From: an uncultured Chloroflexia bacterium
Lineage (GTDB): Bacteria; Chloroflexota; Anaerolineae; CG2-30-64-16
DNA: 64,000 nt
Assembly (NCBI GenBank): GCA_963810095.1
Contig: CAWEMM010000007.1
Span: forward strand, 224,001 to 288,000
Direction of reading: 5' to 3'
Part shown: piece after piece, positions 21,617 to 31,962 of the stretch
Numbering within the stretch: position 1 is the first letter of the stretch
Layout of the letters: every line of letters begins with the position of its first letter
The notes under the pieces: generated by a model
The model's database searches: none
What the model was told of the DNA's origin: nothing
The model's input: the letters and a program-made list of their open reading frames with translations, nothing else
Program-made: the position numbers and the translations under genes

Positions 21617-22252
21617 ATGGCGATCCGGGTACTCGTCGTCGACGATCATGGAGTGGTTCGTAAGGGACTGCGCATGTATCTCGGGGCCGATCCCGAGTTC
21701 GAGATCGTCGGCGAAGCGCGCAATGGGCGCGAGGCCGTTCAGCTCGCGCGCGAACTGAGACCCGACGTGGTGCTGATGGATTTGCTGATGCCGGTGATGG
21801 ACGGTATCCGGGCGACCGCTGCCATCCGGTCGGAGCTTCCCGAGATAGAGGTGATCGCTCTTACCAGCGTGCTCGAGGACGCGGCAGTCTCTGAAGCGGT
21901 TCGTGCGGGAGCTATCGGCTATCTCCTCAAGGACGCCGAGTCGCAAGAGCTGGTTACCGCGATCAAGGCCGCAGCCGCGGGCCAGGTCTATCTGACCTCG
22001 GCGGCGCTTGCCCGCCTGGTGAATGACGTGGGGATGCCTCAGAAGGCGGTCGACGCGCTGACGACTCGGGAAATCGATGTACTCCGCCTGCTTGCCTCGG
22101 GCAAGTCGAACCGTGAGATCGGCCAGGCACTTTCGATCACGGACCAGACGGTCAAGAGCCACGTCAGTCACGTCCTGGACAAGCTCGGCGTGAACAGCCG
22201 CACCCAGGCCGCCCTGTACGCAATCGAGAACGGGCTCACTGCCGGCAAATAA
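21617..22252 (+). CDS. NarL/LuxR family response regulator
   Basis: VVDDH…LMDLLMP…GYLLK; LTTRE…SNREI…TVKSHV HTH. Confidence 0.95.
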   Translation: MAIRVLVVDDHGVVRKGLRMYLGADPEFEIVGEARNGREAVQLARELRPDVVLMDLLMPVMDGIRATAAIRSELPEIEVIALTSVLEDAAVSEAVRAGAIGYLLKDAESQELVTAIKAAAAGQVYLTSAALARLVNDVGMPQKAVDALTTREIDVLRLLASGKSNREIGQALSITDQTVKSHVSHVLDKLGVNSRTQAALYAIENGLTAGK

Positions 22253-22309
22253 GCGATTAGCGGGGGCGCCGGTCGGCCGCAGCGTGCCCTCCGGGCGACT
22301 GGGAATCGG

Positions 22310-23956
22310 ATGATCATGCTTCCATTCCGCAGACGGCTGCTTTTGACCATCGGTATTCCGACAGGGATGGCCGTTGTCTTCCTGCTCTGTGACCTCGTCG
22401 CGCACACCCTTGTGGGCGAAGCGTGGCCGGATACCACGCACCTGGTGATGGCGGGCCTCATCCTCATCATCTCGTCCATCATCCTGACGATCCATCAGCA
22501 GACGTTGGCCCGGCGCGCGGAGGCCCGCACGATTCTCGCGGCGCGCGAAGTCGGGTATCGCACGCTGTTCGACCAGTTCCCCGAACCGACCACGGTCTGG
22601 AGCGGCGAGGGCGTGCTCCTCATGCAGAACCTGGTGTCGGCGCACAACATGGGCGGCGAGCGTGAGGACTACCTCGGAAAGTCGATCGTCGAGATTTTTG
22701 GCCCCGAGGCCGGGACCGCGTACCTCGATCGGATCCAGCGGGTGTACCGCTCTGGCCAGATCGAGGAGCAGGAGGACGTCGTTCACCTCGGCGTGGGCCA
22801 GCGCTATTTCTGGACGACGATGCAGCGCGTGAGCCAGCCCGACGGTCGCGAAGCCGTTCAGGTCATCTCTTACGACGTCACCGAGCGGGTGCGTGCGGAA
22901 CAGGCGTGGCGCGAAGAGCAGCAGCGCGCGTCCATGTACCTCGATGTGGCGCCCGTGCTCTTCGTCGCCATGGATTTGGAGGGCCGGGTGCAGCTCATCA
23001 ATGCCACGGGCTGCGCCATACTGGGGCGCGCCGAATCCGAGGTTATAGGACAGAACTGGTTCGACTCGTTCGTGCCCGAGGGGGCCAGAGAGCAGGTGCG
23101 CAGCGACTACCTGCGCCTGGTGCCGGTCGTTCGCGAACCGGGCTTCGTCTACGAAAACCCTGTCTTGACCGCGACGGGCGAGGAGCGGCTGATCGCCTGG
23201 CATCCTGTCGTGTTGTGCGACGAGGCGGGACGGGCCATAGGCACGCTCACGGCGGGAGAAGATATCACGGAGCGCCGTCGTGCGGAGGATGCCCTCCGGG
23301 CCTCGGAGATGCTGCGCATCCAGGAGCGCACTGCGCTGGCGGAGAGGCAGAAGCTGGCCCGCGAGCTCCATGATTCCGTGTCGCAGGCCCTGTATGGCAT
23401 CGCGCTCGGCGTCAATACCGCTCTGGCCGTGATGGATCACAACCGCGAAGGCGCGCTCGAGGCGTTGACGTATTCGCTCGGCCTGTCGCGTGCCGGGTTG
23501 AGCGAAATGCGGGCGCTGATTTTCGAGCTTCGGCCCGAGTCTTTGGAATCGGAAGGGCTGGTCGCCGCGCTGATGAAGATGGCCGAGGCCCTGCGCGCAC
23601 GCTTCGAGATGCCGGTCAACGTGGAGGTGTGCGGCGAGCCCGACCTGGCGCTTCCGATGAAAGAGGTGGTCTACCGCGTAGCCCAAGAGGCGTTGCACAA
23701 CGTAGTCAAGCACGCGCAAGCCCACGAACTCACGGTCAAGCTCACCTGCGACGCCCACTGCCTCGTGCTGATTGTCTGCGACGACGGCATTGGATTCGAT
23801 CCCGATGCGTCGCACCCCGGGCACCTAGGCTTGCGTTCGATGGGCGAACGCGCGGCGAGTGTGGGCGGGAGTGTACGGGTGACGAGCGCACCAGGCGCGG
23901 GCACGACGATCCAGCTTCTGGTGCCGTTCGCAGAGGCAAAGGAGCCGCAGACCTAA
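22310..23956 (+). CDS. PAS-PAS HisKA_3 sensor histidine kinase
   Basis: 2 TM, PAS domains, ERQKLARELHDSVSQ, QEALHNVVKHA, DDGIGF, GLRSM. Confidence 0.93.
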   Translation: MIMLPFRRRLLLTIGIPTGMAVVFLLCDLVAHTLVGEAWPDTTHLVMAGLILIISSIILTIHQQTLARRAEARTILAAREVGYRTLFDQFPEPTTVWSGEGVLLMQNLVSAHNMGGEREDYLGKSIVEIFGPEAGTAYLDRIQRVYRSGQIEEQEDVVHLGVGQRYFWTTMQRVSQPDGREAVQVISYDVTERVRAEQAWREEQQRASMYLDVAPVLFVAMDLEGRVQLINATGCAILGRAESEVIGQNWFDSFVPEGAREQVRSDYLRLVPVVREPGFVYENPVLTATGEERLIAWHPVVLCDEAGRAIGTLTAGEDITERRRAEDALRASEMLRIQERTALAERQKLARELHDSVSQALYGIALGVNTALAVMDHNREGALEALTYSLGLSRAGLSEMRALIFELRPESLESEGLVAALMKMAEALRARFEMPVNVEVCGEPDLALPMKEVVYRVAQEALHNVVKHAQAHELTVKLTCDAHCLVLIVCDDGIGFDPDASHPGHLGLRSMGERAASVGGSVRVTSAPGAGTTIQLLVPFAEAKEPQT

Positions 23957-23957
23957 T

Positions 23958-24362
23958 TCAGGACGCGGTGGGGTGCTGCCGCCGGGGAAGGGGCTGATGG
24001 CGCAAGGCGGCTTCCCGGATCACTGACAGCAAGCGGTCCACCGGCTCTTCCTTGCTCACAAACCCGGCCGCACTCGCCAGAGCGGCACGGTCCTGTGTGC
24101 CCGCGTCGTCATGGATCGATAGCATCACCACGGGCATCCGAGGGTGCCGCTCGCATAACATGCGGCAGGTCTCGATGCCGTCGAGGGCCGGCATTTCGAC
24201 GTCCATCAGGACGACGTCGGGCAGGACCTCGCTCGCGAGCGTCAGGGCGGCAAGCCCATCCGCCGCCAGGCCGACGACCTGCATGTCAGGCTCGGCATCT
24301 AGGCGCATTTCGAGTCCATACCGAATCTCCGGCCGGTCCTCAACCACCAGGACTCGAATCAC
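23958..24362 (-). CDS. Single-domain response regulator (receiver only)
   Basis: VIRVLVVED…LMDVEMP…GFVSK. Confidence 0.8.
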   Translation of the reverse strand: MIRVLVVEDRPEIRYGLEMRLDAEPDMQVVGLAADGLAALTLASEVLPDVVLMDVEMPALDGIETCRMLCERHPRMPVVMLSIHDDAGTQDRAALASAAGFVSKEEPVDRLLSVIREAALRHQPLPRRQHPTAS

Positions 24363-24682
24363 ACACGCCCCGTTCACCTGCGACCACGCAGGTTCGTACC
24401 TCGTCATAATTGGCCGCCATTCAGGGCGCACAGCGGTACCGCGCCCGAGTCGACTTACACGCCAAAGGATACGCTCGGGCCACCTTTTCGGGCATCCCCC
24501 GGAGGGTGCGATTGTGACGATGTAGTTCTGCGCATATCGCTCTGACACTTTAGTTGCATTCCTCGAGGATGCTATCTCGGCGTGCCTGAGCCGGCTCCGC
24601 CGCCCTCGCCCCTGATCTGGAATGCGACACTGATGCCCCTGATAGAACTGATCGGTACTGTCCTTTTGGGAAACAACGTGAT

Positions 24683-24713
24683 AATCAGTCAGATCAGTCC
24701 AATCAGCGTCCCA
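24683..24713 (+). repeat. Dispersed intergenic repeat copy
   Basis: AATCAGTCAGATCAGTCCAATCAGCGTCCCA, similar to 11229-11259. Confidence 0.5.
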
Positions 24714-24811
24714 CTCCACCCCTCGTTGTCCGGAGCCGCCCCGCGCCTTTTGACACGGCCATGCGCGTCGGGTATATTGGCCGCATCGACTCAGATCAAC
24801 AGGTTCCTCGG

Positions 24812-26842
24812 GTGACACAAGGTTCTTTGGCTGCCGTGCCTCCGGCATCACGGCCGGTGGCGGCTTGCCTCGCTCGTCCGGTCGTCTGGCTCTGCCTCCT
24901 GGTGGCGCTTTTCACGGCGTACTTTCTGGCCTTCAACCTGGCGTCGCACGCTGCGTTCGACACCTCGGCCTACGATCTCGGCATCTATGACCAGGTCGTC
25001 TGGAACACGGCGCACGGCCGCGTCATGGCTTACTCGGCCGAGCCATGGTACAGCAGTAACTTCCTCGGCACCCATCTGCAGCCCATCCTGATCCTCCTCG
25101 CGCCGGTCTATTGGGTCTGGAGCGACCCCCGCGCGTTGATCGTGCTGCAGAGCCTCGCCATCGGCGCCAGCGCGTTCCTGGTGTACTTCCTCGCAGCCAG
25201 GCGGCTGGCACGGCCCTGGGCGGCGTTGGCCCTCACCTTCGCATACCTCATGTGGCCGGCTCTCCAGGCGGTCACCCGGTTCGACTTTCACCCCGAGTCG
25301 TTCGAGCCGCTCCTGTTTCTCGGCGCGTTTGCGCTCTACGAGATCTGGCGCGGTCGGATCGTGATTTCCCGGCTGCCCCGGCGTTGGGCCCGCGTCCTCT
25401 TCTTCGTCGCCATCGTGCTCGCACTGCTGGTTAAGGAAGACGTCGCCCTGGTGGTGGCCGCGTTCGGCATTTACCTGTGGGCCGCGCGGCGCGAGCGCCG
25501 GCTGGGTCCCCTGCTGCTGATCGCCGGATTGGTGTGGTTTGCCGCGGGGATGTTACTCGTCATGCCGCGCTTCCGGGGCGGCGAGGGCTCGCCGTTCCTG
25601 ACGTATTACGCGTACCTGGGCAAAACACCTGCGGAGATGGCCCGCACGCTCGTGACCCAGCCGCAGGTCGCGCTCAAAGCCCTGGCAGCCCCGGCCAATC
25701 TCGACATGCTGCTGGGCCTGCTCGTCCCGCTGGGCCTGCTGCCGCTGCTGGCGCCCGACCTCCTGTTGATCAGCCTGCCCACGCTCATTTCCTACGGCCT
25801 CAGCACTAACGCCTTCATGCACCGGATGGAGGGCTTCCACTATGCGGCGACGGTCATCCCCTGGTTCATCCTGGCCGCGATCTACGGGCTGGGGCGCTGG
25901 TACGACGGCAGGGGGATAGGACCGCTCAGGGGGGTGGCACGGCGCGTGCCCTGGCTGCCGCTCGTCGTGCTGCTGGTCGCAAGCTGCGCCTACCAGGGCG
26001 GCCGCGGGTTCACGCCCGTCAGCCGGCTGTACCAGTGGCCGCAGGTCACGGAGCACGAGCGCACCGGGCGGGCGCTGATGAAGCAGATTCCGCCCGATGC
26101 CTCCCTGGTCGCGCAGGACAAGCTCTATCCGCACCTGAGCCAGCGGCAGGCGATCTCGTTTCTGTGGCCGTCCGACGCGTCGGCCGAGTACGTTCTGCTC
26201 GACGTGTCTGACCCGACGCTGACGAACGGCGACCGTCTCACCGAATGGCTCAAGGCGCAGATCGAGGCGCAGTCAGCCTACGGACTGGTGGAGAGTCGCG
26301 ATGGCTTCGTCCTGCTGAAGCGCGGTGCGCCGCACCAGGCACTATCCGGCGCATTCTACAGCTTCGCCACGCCCAGCGAGCCGGCCATTCAGCACCCCAT
26401 GTCCGTCGACACGCCGGAAGGGATTCGTTTTCTCGGCTACGATGTGGTCAAGCGGCGCTACGAGAACACGCTGCTGACGCTCTACTTCACCGCGACGGAG
26501 CGTCTCACGAAGGACTATTTCGCCGGCGTCCATCTCCTGGGGGAGGACGGCGCGACGCTGGGCGCCACGAAGTTCCAGCAGCCGGCGCTCGTCTGGTATC
26601 CCACGAGCCAGTGGCAGCCCGGCGAGATAGTGAAGGTGACGGTCAACACGCTGGGCTGGGCGGCCGAGCCGGAGCGCTTTGGCCTGGGCGTGGTCCTTGC
26701 AGGCCCCGACGTCGTGCCGGGGAACTCAGACGCGCCAGATACGCCAAGGGTGCGCTTGAAATGGCTGCCCGGCGCTACGGAGCCGCAGCCGCGCCTGCTC
26801 GAGGACCAAACAGTCCTGAAGTTGGGCGATTTCGCCCGCTAA
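24812..26842 (+). CDS. DUF2079 multi-pass membrane protein (GT-C-like)
   Basis: YDLGIYDQ.VW, HLQPIL, FDFHP, LVKED, HYAA. Confidence 0.85.
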   Translation: MTQGSLAAVPPASRPVAACLARPVVWLCLLVALFTAYFLAFNLASHAAFDTSAYDLGIYDQVVWNTAHGRVMAYSAEPWYSSNFLGTHLQPILILLAPVYWVWSDPRALIVLQSLAIGASAFLVYFLAARRLARPWAALALTFAYLMWPALQAVTRFDFHPESFEPLLFLGAFALYEIWRGRIVISRLPRRWARVLFFVAIVLALLVKEDVALVVAAFGIYLWAARRERRLGPLLLIAGLVWFAAGMLLVMPRFRGGEGSPFLTYYAYLGKTPAEMARTLVTQPQVALKALAAPANLDMLLGLLVPLGLLPLLAPDLLLISLPTLISYGLSTNAFMHRMEGFHYAATVIPWFILAAIYGLGRWYDGRGIGPLRGVARRVPWLPLVVLLVASCAYQGGRGFTPVSRLYQWPQVTEHERTGRALMKQIPPDASLVAQDKLYPHLSQRQAISFLWPSDASAEYVLLDVSDPTLTNGDRLTEWLKAQIEAQSAYGLVESRDGFVLLKRGAPHQALSGAFYSFATPSEPAIQHPMSVDTPEGIRFLGYDVVKRRYENTLLTLYFTATERLTKDYFAGVHLLGEDGATLGATKFQQPALVWYPTSQWQPGEIVKVTVNTLGWAAEPERFGLGVVLAGPDVVPGNSDAPDTPRVRLKWLPGATEPQPRLLEDQTVLKLGDFAR

Positions 26843-26922
26843 CTGCCGTCGTTCGGGGCCGAGCGCGGTGACTTTTGTTGCGTCTGCCGGGCCGGATGGT
26901 GCCTGGAGATTGTCCAGGCGTA

Positions 26923-26951
26923 TTGCAATCGAGGGCCAGACATGCTATAGT
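26923..26951 (+). promoter_or_regulatory. Sigma70-type promoter
   Basis: TTGCAA-N17-TATAGT with TG extension. Confidence 0.7.
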
Positions 26952-26957
26952 TACTAG

Positions 26958-27180
26958 GCATCACGCGTTGCTCTGCAGCATCGCATTCTGCGCCTCATCG
27001 TCTGCCTCGTTACTGCGCCAGCAGAGACCGAAGCGTGATGCTTCGGCGGGCTAGCAAAGCTTGACCGTGCCTTCTGCACGGATTATGAACAGGGCCTCAT
27101 CTCTGGCGGGGTTGGAATGAGGCGCGCTGCGGTCAAGCTCCGTACCCGTGCTATCACGTTGCTTCAATTGCTGCTAGCCC
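26958..27180 (+). ncRNA. Putative structured RNA / long 5' leader
   Basis: Nested complementary segments start immediately after the promoter (see finding). Confidence 0.4.
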
Positions 27181-27358
27181 TCCGCGTACAAGCGCGCACG
27201 AGCTTCCTTTTGTCGCGAGGCATACCCTCCGCAGCTCTCTAGCGGGCGTTTGGTTCATGACAGAATTGCCATCTTGTTATGGACACTTTTATATGATTTA
27301 GTCATGTCAACGTGCGATGATGACGGCATCGGTGGCTTCGAGAGACGGGAGGGCAGCG

Positions 27359-28023
27359 ATGGACCTGATCCGCATTCTCCTGGTGACTGATTTCGCACTG
27401 TTTCGCGATGGCCTGCGCACGGTTCTCGAACACGAACAAGACATAACCGTTTGCGATGAGGCCTCTGACGCCGAATCGGCCGTCCGCCTTGCCCGCGAAA
27501 AGAGCCCCGACCTCATCCTCCTCGATCTCCACCTGCCCGCGGAGAGCGGCGTCCAGGCCGCGACTCAGATCCTCACAGACAATCCCGAAGCTAAGGTGAT
27601 CGCTCTCATGGGTGAGCCGCATCTTGACACACTCCTGGAGATCATGCGCGCCGGGTGCGCGGCTACCTGATGAAAGACGCCCACGTCGCAGCGTTGACGC
27701 ATGCCATTCGCGCTGTTGTCGTGGGCGGCGCAGTCGTCGATCCGCAGGTGGCCGTCACTATGCTGGCCGACTACCGGCGGCTGGCTAAGCACGACTCAGC
27801 ATCTCCAGGCGGTGGTTTTTCCTGCCGCGACCTTGAGATGCTGCGCTATCTTGCACACGGCGAAGGCAATCGGGAGATAGCGCGCCGGATGTTCCTCTCG
27901 GAGCAGACGGTAAAGAATGAACTCTCCGACATCTATCGCCGGCTGGGCGTGGAGAACCGGACCGAGGCAGTCGCCACTGCCTTGCGCCTGGGCCTGATCT
28001 CCAACGATGCCGGGCAGGCATGA
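27359..28023 (+). CDS. NarL/LuxR response regulator; frameshift at ~27655
   Basis: Receiver in ORF 27317-27670; GYLMK and HTH in ORF 27655-28023. Confidence 0.8.
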
Positions 28024-28244
28024 CCGTCATCCACAGTACGAGAGTACTTTTCCCCTAGTACCCCCGGCGGCAAAAGTAGAGATAGTTGGGTCTACAACCT
28101 ATTCGGCAAACAACGTATGATTATGACAGTCTATGCTGGCTTATGACGCTGCATGCCTGTTACCGCTAACTGCTGGAGCCTCGTGTTCATTCGTGCGTGT
28201 TTACGATTGCTCCGTTCGCCGGACACGGAGGAGAACCAGATGCC

Positions 28245-28529
28245 ATGGACGAACTCCTGACCGTCGATGAGGTAGCCAACTACCTGCGCGTGAGCCGGTC
28301 CACGGTGTGGCGCTGGTGCCAGGCCAAGAAGGTGCCCGCATTCAAGATCGGCCGCGAATGGCGGATCTCGGGACCGGTGCTCGAGGAGCTGATGGCCGCT
28401 CAACAAAAGGCGGCCATCGACTCCGAAACCGAAACCGGCCCGCCGGGCATCTTCCCATCCGGCGAGCATGACGGCCAAGCGCCCGAGTACCGGGCTACGG
28501 GTACGGCTGGCAGTGGAAACGGGGACTAA
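28245..28529 (+). CDS. Excisionase-like HTH_17 DNA-binding protein
   Basis: LLTVDEVANYLRVSRSTVWRW…VPAFKIGREWRI; RBS GGAGGAG. Confidence 0.85.
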   Translation: MDELLTVDEVANYLRVSRSTVWRWCQAKKVPAFKIGREWRISGPVLEELMAAQQKAAIDSETETGPPGIFPSGEHDGQAPEYRATGTAGSGNGD

Positions 28530-28920
28530 TGGGAGTTCCAACGTCTGGCAGGGATCGCCAGAATGTCACAGGACAAGGCAGGTTCTGGTTGCTTTTGCTG
28601 GCCTTTCGGCGTTTTTGCTCGGCATTGCCTGTCAAGACGACGGCCGGCAGGCTTCCAGCAGTTACGGCGGCGTGGGGCGGGAGTTCGGGCGCGTGTCGTC
28701 AGGAGCGTGGGGTGTAGGGGTTGCTACTGTGGCGGAAGCAACCTGGACAGCACGACCTCTGGCCAACGGTTCAGACAGCAGGGTGGAAAGGAGGTGAGCT
28801 GGCCGGCCTGAAGGCGTAGTCTTCAAAGGCGACGGCGTGCCTTTGTGCACCCGAACTGAACTTCGGCGTTGAGCGTTCGGCAAGATGACCTTCGAGCACC
28901 TATCACCAGAGGAGGACAAG

Positions 28921-31655
28921 ATGCATTCGGCCAGTAACCGGCTCTACCGGGCATTCTGCGTGGTCATGGCAGTCCTGTTGCTGTTCCCGGCACTCGCGCT
29001 CGCAGAGCCGAGCGTGCCGGGTGATGTAACGGCCCTCAACATTACGAGCCCGACGACCGCCGCGCCGGCCTACGTGAAGGCAGGGAGCGTCGTGGTGGTG
29101 ACTTGGGACACAGGTGGTACCGGCGTGGGCAGTGGCGATGTTCGCTACTGGCTCGGCGGGACAATCTCGCTGGGACAGGAACCGTCACGCTGCCGGTGGC
29201 AAAGACCATCAACCTCACAATCCCCGTGGGCACGGCCGAAGGGCAGTGGGACCTGACCGTTGAGGCGAAAGCCACGGGACAGGCGAACTGGTTTGCTGCA
29301 GTTCAGCCGACCAGCATCGTGGTTGACAACAGCGCGCCCGTGGTTCCCGCGAACACGCTCCTCCAGCCCAACGGCGGCGAGTACCTACACGTCGGCGACG
29401 CCTACAACATCACCTGGGATGCAGCCAAGATCGTGGAGGCGAACCTCGCCGGCATCGACCTGGAACTGTGGGTTGCAGGAGCGTTCCACTCCAAGATCGC
29501 AACTGGCCTCGGCAACACGGGCACGTACGCCTGGACGGTGCCGGCCATGGTAACCCAGCAGGCAAAGGTCAAGCTCGTCGTCACTGACAAGGCAGGGTCG
29601 ATGGGCTCCGACATGAGCGACAAGGACTTCACCATCTTCAACACGGACGACAGCCCCCCGATGGTGAACGTCACCGCGCCGCCCGACAACGCCTATCTCG
29701 TCAACAGCTCCGTGACCGTCTCGGCCGACGCCAGCGATGCGGAGTCGGGCATCACGAAGGTCGTGTTCGAGTATTCGAAAGACAACGGCGCGACCTGGGC
29801 CGCGATCGGAACCGACGTCGCCGCGCCCTATACGATGAGCTGGAACCTCGCCGGCTTTGCGGACGGCACGAAGCTGATCGTCAAGGCAACCGCTCATAAC
29901 GGGGCAGGCGCGTTCGCATCGGACACGAACGGCGGCCTGGTGATCGACCGCGGCAAACCTGCGGTGACCCTGACTGCGCCGGCCAACGGTGCGCTGCTCG
30001 GCGCGTCGTTCGAGGTCAAGGCTGACGCATCGGACGTGGGTTCGGGCATCCAGGGCGTGACCTTCTACTATTCGATCGACAGCGGCGTGACTTGGGTTGC
30101 GCTGGGCGCAGCAGACACGACTGCGCCGTATTCGGCTGCCTTCTCCGCGCCCTGGGCGGCTGCGGACTCTACCGCGGTGTGGTTCAAGGCCAGCGCGGTC
30201 GATAACGCCGGCTGGTCCAACGAGAGCGGGATCAATAAGGTAACCGTCGATAACAAGGCGCCGGCGATCAAGGCAACCACGCTCACGCAGCCGAACGGCG
30301 GCGAGGGTTTGCAGATCGGGACCGCCTACACCATCAAGTGGACGAAGGCCGATATCACCGATACGAACCTGGCGGCGAGCCCTATCACGCTCTGGCTGAC
30401 ACAGGACGGCGGCGTGACCTTCACCCAGATTGACGGCGCACTTGGGAACACCGGCTCCTTCAACTGGACGGTCGCCGGCATCCCGAGTCCGAACTCGTGG
30501 GTGAAGATCATGGCGACCGACAAGGTCGGCAATCAGTCGTCGGACATGAGCGACGCGGCCTTCACGATCTTCGCGGTCGACAACACGCCGCCGGCTGCTT
30601 CGGTCGCTTCGCCGGCAGCGGGCGCCTGGATTACCGGCGTCAAGTTGGTGAAGGCGAATGCCGCCGATGCGGAGTCCGGCATCGTGCAGGTGACCTTCTT
30701 CGCCGACCACGGCGTGTGGGCAGTCAACCCGGACACCGTGGCGCCCTACGAGGACAACCTCGACACGACCGGCTACAACGGTGCCCTCAAGTTGTGGGTC
30801 GTCGCGAAGAACGGCGTGGGCATGGAGACCACCTCGGCGGTCGTGACGGTGAACGTGGATAACACGGCGCCGACGGTCTCGCTGACCCAGCCGGTCGGCG
30901 GCAACCTGATCTCGGGGACGGCGTACGAGTTCGCTGCGGATGCAGCGGACGGCGGCTCGGGCGTGGCCTCGGTGCTGTTCGAGGTCCAGCCGAACTGCCA
31001 AGGCGGGTGGACGGCCCTGGGCACGGCGACGGCCGCGCCGTTCAAGATCACCTACAACACGGCCAACCTGCCCGACGGAACGCACTGCTTCCGTGCCACC
31101 GCGACCGACAAGGTCGGGCTGAGCACCATGAGCAGCGTGGTCACCGCTGACATCAAGAACACCTTCAGCATCGTCCTCAAGACCGGCTGGAACCTGATCT
31201 CGACCCCGCTGGTGCCCTACGACACCAACATCGCGGCCGTGATGAACGGGCTGGCGGTGAAGCAGGTAGCCACGTTCGTCTGGTCGAGCGGCAAGCTGGT
31301 GCAGCAGACCTACATCCCGGGTGCCGGCGGCACGCTGAAGACCTTCCATGACGGACAGGGCTACTGGGTGGAGATGAAGTCGGGCGGCACCCTGGTGGTG
31401 AAGGGGCGCTACCTCGCCGCCCCGCCCAACGTCCTGCCTTCCTATGCGGAGAGCGTGGGTTGGAACCTGATCGGGTTCACGGCCCGCTACAACATGGCGA
31501 ACGAGTCCGCTAACGAGTACCTAGGCTCGCTGGCCGGCGCCGCGGAGGCGAACTACCGCTGGAATACGGCCGGCTACTACGAGCAGACGTGGACCTACGA
31601 CGCGGGCTTCGGCTACTGGCTGGCCCTCAGCAAGGCCGGCACGATCTACCCGTAA
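28921..31655 (+). CDS. Large secreted multi-Ig-domain surface protein; frameshift at ~29165
   Basis: Signal peptide; repeated PNGGE…ITW and D..SGI..V.F…APY Ig modules; C-terminal GWNLIS…GYWV…GWNLIG…GYW. Confidence 0.82.
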
Positions 31656-31667
31656 CGCAAGCCCCCT

Positions 31668-31705
31668 GACCTCAGGTTGCCCGGTTGACCGGGTAGCCTG
31701 AGGTC
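31668..31705. terminator. Stem-loop / terminator
   Basis: GACCTCAGGTTGCCCGG-TTGA-CCGGGTAGCCTGAGGTC. Confidence 0.65.
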
Positions 31706-31962
31706 GCTCGTGAAGGCCCTGGCGGGACTCGCGGGCCCTGCCAGGGCCGGTTTTCGCAATGCCACACGGGCGACAGACTTGAACCTTCGGCCGGCAGCGG
31801 CGAGCCTAAACCGAGCGCCAGGCGAAATTGCTCTGGCCGGTCTCCGACCGAGCCAGGGGGGCATGGTCAGAAACCGCCCCAGCGGACATTTTCACGCTGC
31901 GACTCGTTCAGGCAGGCGGGACGCCAGAGACCGGTCCGTCTTGGAGAGAGGAGGCAGCAGCG

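Noticed and set aside
21569-23824. Long antisense ORFs (e.g. 21569-23824, 29385-31349, 51238-52971, 9-1244)
   Set aside because: Shadow ORFs of high-GC3 genes on the opposite strand; no recognisable motifs.
27645-27670. Programmed frameshift in the response regulator or other split genes
   Set aside because: No slippery heptamer or stimulatory structure seen; frameshifts are spread indiscriminately across the window.
28245-28529. Excisionase-like gene as a prophage/ICE marker
   Set aside because: No integrase, phage or conjugation genes nearby; stand-alone HTH_17 regulators are common.
31760-31920. Intergenic segment containing GCCTAAACC, reminiscent of a c-di-GMP-I riboswitch
   Set aside because: The GGCAAACC/GAAA/GACGCAAAG core is absent.
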